From the IMG/VR virus record IMGVR_UViG_3300026549_001681: DNA of 64,000 bases. The stretch is one strand, 5' to 3'. Shown one piece after another: positions 19,871 to 29,966 of this stretch. The DNA comes from an uncultured virus (IMG/VR IMGVR_UViG_3300026549_001681) (taxonomy: Duplodnaviria > Heunggongvirae > Uroviricota > Caudoviricetes). The stretch's first letter is position 1, and every line of letters starts with the position of its first letter. The position numbers were made by a program, and so were the translations under genes. Below the pieces are notes generated by a model. That model saw only the letters and a list, made by a program, of their open reading frames with translations. It had not been told where the DNA came from and did no database searches.

Positions 19871-21652
19871 TTATGCTTGCAAGTGAAGTTGTTCTGCAAC
19901 AAACTGACGGGCCTTTTCCAGTGCTTCAGTCATTTTGAGCTCGGGATTGGACTGTCTGAATTCTTCTGCCACTTCAAGGATCATCTTCTGGGCATCAGCA
20001 GACGGCTGTACGGCAGCAGGAGCCTGTATGTTCCTGCCGATATCACCGAGAAGCTCAAGTGACTTTTCCTGATAGGCACGGGTACCGTCTGCCGCAACTT
20101 TATTGACCTCTTCGCCTCTCAGATAAGTAATCATGCAGTGGTCAACGCCGTCCTCATCCTTATCCCAGAACAAATAACCGCCTTTCTGTACTGCCGCTTC
20201 TGAAGCGAGCTCCTCCGAAGTAACACGGGTATAAAGAGTTCTCTGGACATTGGCAGCGCCTTGTTTCTCGCCATAGACGAACGATGCACTGTATCTGTCA
20301 TCCAGAGCATTATCCTTTGCCCATTCACTCAACTGCTTTTTAAGACCTTTATTCCAGCTGTCAGGGACTCTGTTTGCAGCCATAAGCACCTGGATAATGT
20401 CTTCCAAACCGTGATCGGTCTGAACGATACATCTGCCTTTGTGAAACCGGAAAGCTATGGAATCGAAACCTTTGAGCTCACGTTTTAAGGACAGGAAATC
20501 ACGGGTAAACTCAGTCATTTCTTCACCCTTGAGATGTCCTTCTAAACATTGCCTTAACCCTTCGAACTCGGCAAATTTGGCATTGCCCGGATTTAAGCTG
20601 TCAGGACGCATGGCACCGATCGCAGATGTTATGCTGTCGTTGTCGCCGACAATCTCAAGATTGCCAGTGCGTTCAGAAGCCGGGTTGCATACCTCCTTGA
20701 TAAAGGCTTCACGGCCATCGGCAGTGAAGTCATCCAATCTCTGTCTGTCAAGTTTTACGCAAAGGTTGTGTTCTTCCAGAAACGCGGTCAGTCTTGAAAC
20801 TTCTTCGGGAGACATACCCTTTGCGGTAAATACCGAAGACGGTACTGACAGAGCAGGAGCCATACAGCTGAACTGTTTATCATCAAGCAGGACATTTTTC
20901 AGTTTCCTTCTCAGGGAGTTCAGTTCTTTGTTATCCTTGAAAGGTGCCGAGTTCAATACGTCAAGAGCATCGGACAGACCACGGGACGAACCTGTCAGGT
21001 TGAACTGACCTACACGGTCGCTGGCACCTGAAGCAGTAAGGTAAACACCTTTTTCCCTGAACTTATTCACGAGCTTGGACAGATCGTCGGGCGACATCAT
21101 GTTCACATTGAACTGATTCAAAGTGAGTTCGATCCTCGGCGGATAACTGCCCCGGATACCAAAGGCAACTCTGTTCTTAACAAGTTGTCTTGAGAAGAGG
21201 AAAGTATCCCAGATCGAAAGCCCGTCCTTAAATGACCTTGTAACAGCCGTATCTTTAGCGTGCGCTATGTGTTTCGTAATGACTTCGGCAGATGTCAATG
21301 TCTTGTGCTTTTCCTTCAGCAGATCAGCTTTCTCGTTTCCGAAAAAACTGACCGTGGTAAGAGGCTTGCACTCATCGTCCATCGGAACACCGAGTCCGCC
21401 ATAAGCGTCGAGCTTACCGTAGAACTGTTCTGATATCTTCTTGTCAGTGTGCTTAGCCCATCCGCCGAGACCGAGTGCTACGCCGCTTAAAAGCATGACC
21501 GTTCCGGTACCCGCAGCGTTCAATGCGGCACCGGCTTCTTCACCGCCGAAAGCATTACCCACTGATCTCGCTTCCTGACCAAGATGGTTTGTCATGTGAG
21601 ATGCTTCGCGTGAAATATTGGAAATAGTCTCGGCAATTCCTTTCTTTTCCAT
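19871..21652 (-). CDS. Hypothetical protein in transfer operon
   Basis: 593 aa, GGAGG RBS, one hydrophobic segment near the N-terminus. Confidence 0.75.
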   Translation of the reverse strand: MEKKGIAETISNISREASHMTNHLGQEARSVGNAFGGEEAGAALNAAGTGTVMLLSGVALGLGGWAKHTDKKISEQFYGKLDAYGGLGVPMDDECKPLTTVSFFGNEKADLLKEKHKTLTSAEVITKHIAHAKDTAVTRSFKDGLSIWDTFLFSRQLVKNRVAFGIRGSYPPRIELTLNQFNVNMMSPDDLSKLVNKFREKGVYLTASGASDRVGQFNLTGSSRGLSDALDVLNSAPFKDNKELNSLRRKLKNVLLDDKQFSCMAPALSVPSSVFTAKGMSPEEVSRLTAFLEEHNLCVKLDRQRLDDFTADGREAFIKEVCNPASERTGNLEIVGDNDSITSAIGAMRPDSLNPGNAKFAEFEGLRQCLEGHLKGEEMTEFTRDFLSLKRELKGFDSIAFRFHKGRCIVQTDHGLEDIIQVLMAANRVPDSWNKGLKKQLSEWAKDNALDDRYSASFVYGEKQGAANVQRTLYTRVTSEELASEAAVQKGGYLFWDKDEDGVDHCMITYLRGEEVNKVAADGTRAYQEKSLELLGDIGRNIQAPAAVQPSADAQKMILEVAEEFRQSNPELKMTEALEKARQFVAEQLHLQA

Positions 21653-21678
21653 AATCAGCCTCCAATCAATGAGTTACA

Positions 21679-22503
21679 CTAAACACCACGTCCCGTAAAC
21701 TCTTCGAGATTTCTGTCTTTTTTTGATTCGACAGGGGAGAGGGCTGCAAATCCCTTATCCTTTGTCTCTGACGCCTTAGCAAAATCAAAAAGGCCTTCGA
21801 GACTTCTCTTTATACGGGACAGTTTTACAAATCTTCCATCCTTTAATCTGACATAATTCTTTCCGCAATACTTAATATCATGTTTGGCAAGGTTTTCTTT
21901 CAATGATTCGACATCTAAACTTGCCATTCTGCACTTAACAAGAATGTCTTCGAGCCCCGGATAGTCAACTGGGGGTCTTTCATTCTGTTTCGGTACGGTA
22001 AGGTCATATTTGTAGCAAATGAAATCTGCTATGTTTTTGAGTCTGTAATAATTCTTTTCGTTATGTGCAGCCTTGTGACCATCAACATAAGACACCGAGT
22101 TGACAAGTAAATGGCAGTGAAGAGTCTTGGTATTGGTGTGCACGGCCAAAAGCACCTGGAACTGGCTGCCCCACATCTCTTCGGCGATTTCTCTTGCAAC
22201 AGAGAGCACATTGACCGGATCAAGACCGTCAGTGTCGGGGAAGGAGACAAAACCGTGATAAGCAAGCACACCGTCCATCTTGTCAAATTTCTTCTTTACA
22301 TCCATAAACTCATTGATAGCCGTCTTGGGATTACAGTTGATACCTTCTATCAACTTTGCATCTTCAAGCTCGACCATCTTGTCTGCAACAGGCACACCAC
22401 GGGGCATTGCTACCTCGTCATAAGCGGTCTTGAGCGGGTTTATATCATAGGCAGCTACATTCGCCATATTGCTCTTGACCGGCCAGAGTTTCGTTACAGC
22501 CAT
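21679..22503 (-). CDS. MOBP-type relaxase, C-terminus EEFTGRGV
   Basis: MAVTKLW..Y..NPLKT, GINC, LAYHGFVSF, HTNTKTLHCHLLVNSVS (HUH). Confidence 0.92.
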   Translation of the reverse strand: MAVTKLWPVKSNMANVAAYDINPLKTAYDEVAMPRGVPVADKMVELEDAKLIEGINCNPKTAINEFMDVKKKFDKMDGVLAYHGFVSFPDTDGLDPVNVLSVAREIAEEMWGSQFQVLLAVHTNTKTLHCHLLVNSVSYVDGHKAAHNEKNYYRLKNIADFICYKYDLTVPKQNERPPVDYPGLEDILVKCRMASLDVESLKENLAKHDIKYCGKNYVRLKDGRFVKLSRIKRSLEGLFDFAKASETKDKGFAALSPVESKKDRNLEEFTGRGV

Positions 22504-22510
22504 ATATTCC

Positions 22511-23428
22511 TTACCCCACAGTGCGCTCGACACGCACGAATTGTCTTATTACGAGGTCATGATCGACTTCGTTTATCTTGTCCTGTGCAACCGTAACAGC
22601 AGCACCTTTGCACTCGCATCCTGCGGCAATGACCTTGCTTCCGCAGAAGATCATGCCTTCACATAACTCTTTGTTGTCCGATATGAATATCGACCTATTC
22701 TTTCCAATGCAGACAGGCAGCAGAGAAAACTCTTCGCATCTGTAAACTTCTCTGTATCGTTTAAGTTCGGCAATATTCATCATTTCACCGGCACTGCAAG
22801 GACCGGCTTTTACAACGACAGGCCTCAAGCCTTCTCCGGCGATCCTGTCAACGATCCCGAAGTCTTTGTCATAAAGAGCTTTGTCTATTGCGACAACGAT
22901 ACGGAAATCCGATAACTTATTCAGAGCCGTAATGTAAGCGTCTGCCACGTCAGGATATTTCTTTTTCAAAGCAAAATCCGCAAGAGGATTTAACTTTGAC
23001 GTATCAACACCGTTCTTGTCAGCCCATTTATTGTTTTCCAGCACGAAGCAACGCTCTCCGTAAACGATTACCGGGACATCACTAATTCGGGATAAAAAGC
23101 AGTTAGGCTGAGCCGTCGGAGCAAGCGCGGCAAAGCAATTTACTGCTCCTTCATTCTTATTGGCAAAGGCAATAAGATGATCCAAAAGAACGGCACCGTT
23201 CTTGTTCGGAACAAAATGATCCACGAGATGTCCTCTCCAGGCAACACGGATCGCCTTAGCAAGAGCTGTAACATCACGATATGCACCTGAATACTTCCTG
23301 CCGGATGCTGCAAAGTATGCTTCGACACGGTCCGGTGTGACTTCAGACACATCTGTCACAACCCAAGGTGACATCATCTCTTCAGGCGTAAGTTCCCGGG
23401 ACGGCTTATACCAATCATTAGCTGACAT
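22511..23428 (-). CDS. Hypothetical protein
   Basis: Long ORF directly upstream of relaxase, GGAGG RBS. Confidence 0.7.
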   Translation of the reverse strand: MSANDWYKPSRELTPEEMMSPWVVTDVSEVTPDRVEAYFAASGRKYSGAYRDVTALAKAIRVAWRGHLVDHFVPNKNGAVLLDHLIAFANKNEGAVNCFAALAPTAQPNCFLSRISDVPVIVYGERCFVLENNKWADKNGVDTSKLNPLADFALKKKYPDVADAYITALNKLSDFRIVVAIDKALYDKDFGIVDRIAGEGLRPVVVKAGPCSAGEMMNIAELKRYREVYRCEEFSLLPVCIGKNRSIFISDNKELCEGMIFCGSKVIAAGCECKGAAVTVAQDKINEVDHDLVIRQFVRVERTVG

Positions 23429-23466
23429 GAGAAGTGCCTCCTGCCGTATCAAAGTCTTATTTAATC

Positions 23467-23676
23467 TTACTTATGTAAAAATGCGTCGAGGTTTATACAC
23501 TCAACACACTCGGTAATTGCTTCTTTTGCAGAACTGCCGGTTCTGATGGCATTACACCAACAATCCCATGCGGCAGCTGCAATCTCTGTATTAAAGGCTG
23601 CATATTCTCCATACTTATAAAGAAAAGCACCTTTAATCATGGCCCGTGCCCCATTATCTGTAAAATGTATCTGCAT
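23467..23676 (-). CDS. Hypothetical protein
   Basis: GAGGAGG RBS, 69 aa. Confidence 0.6.
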   Translation of the reverse strand: MQIHFTDNGARAMIKGAFLYKYGEYAAFNTEIAAAAWDCWCNAIRTGSSAKEAITECVECINLDAFLHK

Positions 23677-23772
23677 AATCAGATCCTCCTCAGTTTAATT
23701 GCAGGAGGCACATCTTGATTGTGCGCGATATAAGACACAGCAATTTGACACGCTGGTTACATTTTGAATCCA

Positions 23773-23885
23773 TAAAAAAAGAGAAGAGCTTTCCAGAAGC
23801 TCCTCTCCTTACATGATTGTTTAGTATATTATAACACCAATTCCCGAAGTCAAATATCGGAGACAAAAATCACCTTATTCGGGAA
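23773..23885 (-). promoter_or_regulatory. Conserved box + promoter + leader terminator, copy 2 (heads relaxase/T4SS operon)
   Basis: Box 23866-23885, TTGACT-14-TATAAT, hairpin plus T run at 23773-23808. Confidence 0.8.
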
Positions 23886-23950
23886 GAAAGGGTATTTTTC
23901 GGAATATTTTGTAATATTACGCGGACAGTTTCACTTCTTTCAGATCTCTA

Positions 23951-24232
23951 TCAGCCAGCCTTTTGCTTATCTGAGCCATTCCCGACACCTCCTCCGAAGA
24001 ACACCTGTGAGTGGTGAGCGCCGGTCGTAGCGGTCAGAGTTTCCATGAGAGATACTATGTCTCTTCTGATAAGCCAGGCTTCTTCCGATACAAAGTCTTC
24101 GGAGCCGTCCAAGATCTGTTCGAGGCGTGATAATGTGAGTGCAGTAAGAGACTTATACATTGCTGGCGGACAACCGGTATTAAAGACATAGGATTCCGGT
24201 GCAGCAGTGAGTTCACGATGAATGTTTCGCAT
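23951..24232 (-). CDS. Hypothetical protein
   Basis: GGGAGG RBS, 93 aa. Confidence 0.6.
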   Translation of the reverse strand: MRNIHRELTAAPESYVFNTGCPPAMYKSLTALTLSRLEQILDGSEDFVSEEAWLIRRDIVSLMETLTATTGAHHSQVFFGGGVGNGSDKQKAG

Positions 24233-24246
24233 ACAAAGATCCTCCC

Positions 24247-24894
24247 TCAGAATTCAAGGAGCTTAGGATTCGCATACGCAAAGGCAACACCTAACGAGAG
24301 ATTGATGTCATAATCCATCTTGCCCCGTTTGGAAAGATGCCTGACAGCGTTCTTGCCGTTGGTCACGAACCAGTTGATGTTGACCTTGGACATGAACAGG
24401 GAAGTGTTGGTACACTTATTCCACTCATTAAGCGAATCCGCGTACTTTTTCATTATTTTCTTTGCCGATGGATCTCCGGCAGCCACGATAGGCTCGGAAG
24501 GTTCTTTCGGTGCAGAGATGGTATAGTCCTTAAATGCCGTACGGTACAGCGTCAGGATATGCTGCGGAGCCGCTATGCTCTGGTCGAGTAACACGGCACC
24601 GTTAAAGAAACTGCGTGACTGGACAGCGTTATTCGACACGAGAACAACGGACGGAGACGCAGGCTCTTCAAGTTTTAATGATGTTCGCTTCTCTAACTTG
24701 CAATAGTTGTAATACAACTTGGAAGACACGGGAGCGAGTATCATTACCCGGGGACAATTCTCGTGCTTGCCGAGTACGAGGAATGGTCTATCTACATTCG
24801 AGTGCTTATGATTAAAAGCATCAGAATATATCAGATTAAGATATTCGTTTTCGACAAAAACCAGATCGCCCGGAGCAATCTGTTTGTAAGCCAT
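24247..24894 (-). CDS. ToxN/AbiQ/PemK-fold RNase-like protein (tentative)
   Basis: VENEYLNL...RPFLVL...APVSS pattern. Confidence 0.4.
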   Translation of the reverse strand: MAYKQIAPGDLVFVENEYLNLIYSDAFNHKHSNVDRPFLVLGKHENCPRVMILAPVSSKLYYNYCKLEKRTSLKLEEPASPSVVLVSNNAVQSRSFFNGAVLLDQSIAAPQHILTLYRTAFKDYTISAPKEPSEPIVAAGDPSAKKIMKKYADSLNEWNKCTNTSLFMSKVNINWFVTNGKNAVRHLSKRGKMDYDINLSLGVAFAYANPKLLEF

Positions 24895-24949
24895 TGTTTA
24901 ACCCCTTTTCGGAAAATAAAACCCCGACAGGATTGCCGGGGCTGACAAT

Positions 24950-25630
24950 TCAAAATAGATGCCATAGCACGCTTGCCGATAGCAAATAATACAAGAGTGC
25001 CAGTATCCACACGATAGCGATGATAACTATTACAGAGCCTTTTTTCTTGGTATTGTATAGCTTGACTCTGTGATTGGGATTAACGTGGTGTGTCTCAACA
25101 TCAGCGTGCCAACCTGGCGGAACTTCTCTGTCGAGTTCTTCTGCCGAAACGTCCTCATAGCCGGTCGTGTATTTGTCAGGCTTGATACCTGATTTAATGT
25201 TGTCACGATACTTGGTCAAAGGGTATAGCCAACATATACCTGATACGGATAGCGCATCAAAAAATATATGGATGAGCATACCGAAAGCAAGACCTGTTAT
25301 CGGGTGCCAGAATATGCCTAAGATAAACAGGCATAGAATCGGCCAAACACTGTGTGTCCATGTCCTGTGACCGACCGGGATATAGATGATCTTTGAAATA
25401 AAAGACTCAGCATTATCACAATCGGGCAGTAACAGTCCTAAAAAATATAACGCCGAAAAGATCGCGATTCCTGCTGCTCCGGATATATGAGGAGCATCAA
25501 AAAATGACGGATCCGACAGCGTAGCAGCGGCATTGCCAAGAGAACCTGACGAATAAGCCAGGTTCTTTATCGTGGTGTCCGCTGCTAAAGCGACAGCGGC
25601 ACCTGTTGCAAGGTGTCCTATCGCTTTCAT
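24950..25630 (-). CDS. Membrane metal-dependent hydrolase (YdjM-like)
   Basis: GH, LLPDCD, GHRTWTHS, HIFFD motifs and TM helices. Confidence 0.85.
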   Translation of the reverse strand: MKAIGHLATGAAVALAADTTIKNLAYSSGSLGNAAATLSDPSFFDAPHISGAAGIAIFSALYFLGLLLPDCDNAESFISKIIYIPVGHRTWTHSVWPILCLFILGIFWHPITGLAFGMLIHIFFDALSVSGICWLYPLTKYRDNIKSGIKPDKYTTGYEDVSAEELDREVPPGWHADVETHHVNPNHRVKLYNTKKKGSVIVIIAIVWILALLYYLLSASVLWHLF

Positions 25631-25872
25631 TTTTCCGTATTATCCTCCGCAGGCTCTGAAGTTTTACCTTTCTTCTTTTTTCTGGGTTCCGGCTGAGGTA
25701 TCTCTATGCCGTCGTGCTGAAGCAGAAGCTCCACTTCCTTTTTCACATATCCGACCTTGCGGTCAACTGCTGCGATACAGATAAGAACGATGAATATGCC
25801 TACAACAAGTAAAAGGCCCAATAATAGATTGGCTTGTGATAATCGGGCGATATAACTTAACATGTTTTCCAT
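25627..25872 (-). CDS. Small membrane protein
   Basis: One TM helix, GGAGG RBS. Confidence 0.65.
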   Translation of the reverse strand: MENMLSYIARLSQANLLLGLLLVVGIFIVLICIAAVDRKVGYVKKEVELLLQHDGIEIPQPEPRKKKKGKTSEPAEDNTEK

Positions 25873-25903
25873 AAAGAACGATCCTCCTTGATGATTCTAT
25901 GCT

Positions 25904-26506
25904 TTAAGCGGTACGGCACGCGCAGTTGTTAATGAGTCTGCTTGCGAGTGCCTTGGCAGTTTCAGGTCTATAGTCATTGTGACTGACTATGACATCAGAG
26001 ATATTCGGATGTCCGGCTTTGAATCGTGCAAGCTCACTTTTATCACGTAAGACAGCTTCGAAGTCCGAAAACTGCTTGTATTCGGAACCTTGACGCTCCG
26101 TAAAGACACTTGCAGCTTTCATCCTGAGCTCTTCGTTATCAAGCGAGACTCTGTCTAAGGCTTTGTTATAACGATCCCTGATATCCGCATCGATATATAC
26201 GATCGTGAAAGCGATGTCAGGACAATTTCCGATAAGTTCATACATACCGTGCGGATCGATGATATAGACGTCGTTATCGATCATCTGCTGTTTCGTGGCA
26301 AAATACTCACAGCCCGCGATCTCTGTCGTGGCGATCTTGTCCTTGTAGTTACAAGACTCTTCCGGTTTGATGAATATATGAGTATCCTCGTCCGGTCTTC
26401 TCGGAGGTCTTGTTGTATAAGATAAGACCTGTTTAAGACCATGCTTGGATAGTTCTCTTGCCAGGTGATCCTTGCCGGAACCTGAGCGACCTATTATCAA
26501 TATCAT
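25904..26506 (-). CDS. Guanylate kinase-like protein
   Basis: GRSGSGKD, SYTTRPPR, H.FI, YIIDP.G. Confidence 0.85.
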   Translation of the reverse strand: MILIIGRSGSGKDHLARELSKHGLKQVLSYTTRPPRRPDEDTHIFIKPEESCNYKDKIATTEIAGCEYFATKQQMIDNDVYIIDPHGMYELIGNCPDIAFTIVYIDADIRDRYNKALDRVSLDNEELRMKAASVFTERQGSEYKQFSDFEAVLRDKSELARFKAGHPNISDVIVSHNDYRPETAKALASRLINNCACRTA

Positions 26507-26524
26507 GTCGAATCCTCCTTTGTC

Positions 26525-26800
26525 TTAAGTCGAGAGCGCGGACAGGTAAGTGTTGACTATTATCAAGCCGGATATGACTGCGATGAGCAGGGCAAATGCC
26601 AGTCCTGAAAAGAGCCTCTTGGTAAAATTACTGACATTTCCGTGAAAAGGATTAGCCGAACAGTAATAGACATGCTTTTCGTTTCTGTAATCCAAGAGTC
26701 TGAACTTCACAATCGTCGAAATAACAGAAGCGATTAACAGTCCTCCTGCAAAGACAACGATCACACGGAACAGCTCACTTGCCTGCCACAAATCAGTCAT
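26525..26800 (-). CDS. Small membrane protein
   Basis: Two TM helices. Confidence 0.65.
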   Translation of the reverse strand: MTDLWQASELFRVIVVFAGGLLIASVISTIVKFRLLDYRNEKHVYYCSANPFHGNVSNFTKRLFSGLAFALLIAVISGLIIVNTYLSALST

Positions 26801-26805
26801 ATTAT

Positions 26806-27735
26806 TTACTCCTCATCAACTTCAGGAACGGGTGTAGGAGAGGGAATGGGTGTAGGTGTGGGAGCAGCCGTTGTCTCTATCGGAGCCTCGGTTGTTTCAA
26901 CAGTCTCTTCAGTAGTTTCAGCAGTCTCAAGGATAAAGTTTACTGAGATACCGTTTCCTGAAGCAGAACCGCCTTTTCCTTCCATCGTATCCTCGTCGGA
27001 CACACCTGGTTCATCAGAATTCTTTACTGAATCCTTTGAAAAATCAAGCTCAGCACCTCGTTTGAAATAGTCAAACAAGAACTCAGGAGATGTCTTATCA
27101 AACGGAAGCTTGATGATGATGGTGCCGTCCGAAGCACTCTTTCCCGTAAAGAGGATCTCGTCAGCACTTAAATAAGAGGCAACGGCTTCTTTTGAAATCT
27201 CGTAAGTACCCTCGTAATAAATATCACCCTCTGTCATATCACGGAAAACACCGGACGTGAGAGAGTCTGCCGTAGCCCATACAGCTGACTGCCAGTCCGC
27301 ATAACCGATAGAGACAGCGTACTCATTCAAAGAAGCCTCGTCAGTTGCTACACCTGAAGTAGCGAGCTGTGACTTGAGCAACGCGTCAGCATTGTCGTAG
27401 GCAAAATTATCGAGTGCAGTATCCAACGCCGAACGATCAAGTTCCAGAACGAACTCATCGTCTTTCATGACAAGATGGAACTCGGCGATAACTTCACCCG
27501 TGCAACGGAATCTGCTGCCAAGTGCCTCGGTAAAAGCGTCAGCTGCGGCATCGGTACAATCAAGCTCTGCATATCTGTCGATATCGAGCTTGCCGCTGCT
27601 ATTCTTGCCCAGTAACGCAGGCAGACCGAACTTAACACCGGCATAAGCACCGACAATGATTAAGAGCGCAACGATTATCGCGATGATAACCTTTGGCGTC
27701 GCCTTAAAATTCTTAAACTTACTTGTTATTCCCAT
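26806..27735 (-). CDS. Membrane-anchored surface protein, Thr/Pro tail
   Basis: N-terminal TM helix; paralogous to 27748..28203. Confidence 0.75.
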   Translation of the reverse strand: MGITSKFKNFKATPKVIIAIIVALLIIVGAYAGVKFGLPALLGKNSSGKLDIDRYAELDCTDAAADAFTEALGSRFRCTGEVIAEFHLVMKDDEFVLELDRSALDTALDNFAYDNADALLKSQLATSGVATDEASLNEYAVSIGYADWQSAVWATADSLTSGVFRDMTEGDIYYEGTYEISKEAVASYLSADEILFTGKSASDGTIIIKLPFDKTSPEFLFDYFKRGAELDFSKDSVKNSDEPGVSDEDTMEGKGGSASGNGISVNFILETAETTEETVETTEAPIETTAAPTPTPIPSPTPVPEVDEE

Positions 27736-27747
27736 GATAAAACTCCT

Positions 27748-28203
27748 TTACTCGAATTGTACTATATCTTCGCCAAAGAGATCCTCGGCTGTAAGGATAC
27801 CGTCTTCATCTATCGTTGCATTGAACTCGATCTCATCGGCAGAAAATTCGAAATGATCGTCAACATAGGTAACAGTGCCCTCGTAATAATCATTTCCTTC
27901 AACTGTGACATCCTTGACAATGTATACGCCGCCCGACTCAATGTCGTCGGCAACATCGTACAGTTCATCTTTCAGGGCCCTGAGATCCAGTTCCATCGTG
28001 AAAGTGTTATCCTCGCCGATTTCCAGATAGACGGGCAGGGAAGACTCGAAGTATCCGATACCGAGATCGGTCCGGCTTCCCGAAACAGGAATGGCACCTT
28101 CATAGCTTCCCGAGATTTCCGGTGCTTTAGATGTCTTGATACAACCTGACAGGGGCAATATCACTGACACTGAAAGCAGAACGCTGATGGCTTTGTAGTT
28201 CAT
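27748..28203 (-). CDS. Lipoprotein
   Basis: Signal peptide with lipobox LSG-C. Confidence 0.75.
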   Translation of the reverse strand: MNYKAISVLLSVSVILPLSGCIKTSKAPEISGSYEGAIPVSGSRTDLGIGYFESSLPVYLEIGEDNTFTMELDLRALKDELYDVADDIESGGVYIVKDVTVEGNDYYEGTVTYVDDHFEFSADEIEFNATIDEDGILTAEDLFGEDIVQFE

Positions 28204-28227
28204 TTCTGTATCATCCTTTCTTTAGAT

Positions 28228-28707
28228 TTATCTGTTATGTCCGAAGATGACCTCAGCCTCTTCGGATAATTCAATACCTTTAGGGACGACCTTTAAGTCA
28301 TAGAATGTCTCGCCGCCCCAAGTGTGAGCATGTGACTCGGAAATGGTTATCTCTCCCTTTTCTTCAAGTTTCTTAATCATGCGGTAGGAGGTGTTTTCTC
28401 TCGCATCAAGCGTGAAAGGGAGTTTGAGGCTCTTAAGGAATTCCCAGACCTCGTACAGGTTCATGCGTCTGTCCACGGAAGCCAGGTCAACGATCTCTGC
28501 GTACCCTGACTCATGAGCTGCCGCGATGACATAACCCGTATCAGACATCAATATCCTCAGTTCGGATCTGTCACACTCACAGTAGCGGGCTATATCTTCC
28601 CACGTACGGCAATACTGCATCTGGGAATACGGAGTACCGGAATACGCAGTACGCTCTATGAGCTTTATCTTCTCAAGGTTTTCTTGAGTAAATGCTGCCT
28701 TTTTCAT
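28228..28707 (-). CDS. Hypothetical protein, possible GNAT fold
   Basis: EIVDLAS..DARENTSY pattern, weak. Confidence 0.5.
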   Translation of the reverse strand: MKKAAFTQENLEKIKLIERTAYSGTPYSQMQYCRTWEDIARYCECDRSELRILMSDTGYVIAAAHESGYAEIVDLASVDRRMNLYEVWEFLKSLKLPFTLDARENTSYRMIKKLEEKGEITISESHAHTWGGETFYDLKVVPKGIELSEEAEVIFGHNR

Positions 28708-28852
28708 ATCCGTTCTCCTAAAATCAAAGTCTCTCTTCCGGGAGAAGCAACGAGGAAATATTAAGAAGAAAGACTATCCGATGAACGCGATAGTGTCACT
28801 TCCCCCGTGAGAGATATGCTTAAAAGGCCGAAGCCCTGTGAGCCTGAACTAA

Positions 28853-29284
28853 TCACTTTTCTTTGCCTTTTGCTCTGGCATGGACACATAGTTCTATGAC
28901 CTTTGCCATAGACGGTACCTTGCACTCCGTGTACGCTCTTGCACCAAGAACAGGCTTAATGAAAGCGGACTTTGCTATGGTCTCCATATAGAACTCGTCA
29001 GCTGCCCACTTTTCGCGGTCAACGGGTGATACCGCATAGAAATAAGTGTATTTGGGTATCGTACCGACAGGAGCCTTGGACTGGAGTTCCAGGTAATACA
29101 CATACCAGAAGTGAAATAGTTCGCCTCCGAGTGTCCTGGATACAAACAGCGGTTCTATCGTCTCTCCGTTAAAGCCGAGATAGAAAACACTTCCCGCCGG
29201 GCACACGTTAAGGTCAACATCAGTAAATCCTCTGAGGAGTGATCTCTTCCACTCCGCATAAACATCGTTTGCTGATTTAGCCAT
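28853..29284 (-). CDS. Hypothetical protein
   Basis: GGAGG RBS, 143 aa. Confidence 0.7.
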   Translation of the reverse strand: MAKSANDVYAEWKRSLLRGFTDVDLNVCPAGSVFYLGFNGETIEPLFVSRTLGGELFHFWYVYYLELQSKAPVGTIPKYTYFYAVSPVDREKWAADEFYMETIAKSAFIKPVLGARAYTECKVPSMAKVIELCVHARAKGKEK

Positions 29285-29447
29285 GAATTAAACCTCCTTG
29301 GTCAGATTTGGTCTTGTAAATATGTTTCAGACCTCTCCGCTCACCATAATAAATAACGAGGGAGAGGTGCAAAAACAACAGTAAATGGAGAAAATTTCTC
29401 AATATTTAGTGTTTTGTGTTCGGAACGGCACAATATGTTGTATTCCT

Positions 29448-29966
29448 TTAGAACGGTGAACGACCTGTGTTACCGATGGGATTATAGGTAAGAATGTTAG
29501 GCAAAAACACAGGGTTTATCGCGACCTTGATGAATTCGCTGTCACACTCATACTCATTTTCGGGCTGGTTATACTTAGTCTGAAGCCCAATCCACTCATC
29601 CGGGCTGTAATCAGATCTGCAAAACTCAAAATATTCGCATCGTTCTTCGGCTATCGTCACACCCCGGTCAATAAATAACCTTTCTGAAAATTCAAGCGCA
29701 TCATTAAAGGACACGGCGGAAAAGACCACCTGATATTGAACAGATTTTTTTACGAGTTCGTTATAACCCGTCGTGCCGTTGGTTCCGAACTCGTAATCAA
29801 GCGAGTTTTTGCATGTATTATCGATATGTACGGCATACTCACCGGGACGGAGCTCTTCGCCTTTAACATCAAGGGCAGAGCAGCCGTCGAATATATCCGC
29901 ACAGAACCCAAGAACCTTGTCTTTCTCGCCGAGTATCTCCATTTGATAAGAACATAAACTACTCAT
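29448..29966 (-). CDS. Hypothetical protein, C-terminus GRSPF
   Basis: 172 aa, coupled to the sortase gene. Confidence 0.7.
   Translation of the reverse strand: MSSLCSYQMEILGEKDKVLGFCADIFDGCSALDVKGEELRPGEYAVHIDNTCKNSLDYEFGTNGTTGYNELVKKSVQYQVVFSAVSFNDALEFSERLFIDRGVTIAEERCEYFEFCRSDYSPDEWIGLQTKYNQPENEYECDSEFIKVAINPVFLPNILTYNPIGNTGRSPF

Noticed and set aside
23700..23760. oriT/nic candidate (CATCTTG) upstream of the relaxase operon
   Set aside because: Only a short partial match to a MOBP nic, with no convincing adjacent inverted repeat
24895..24950. Type III TA antitoxin RNA
   Set aside because: Only a terminator hairpin; no tandem repeats
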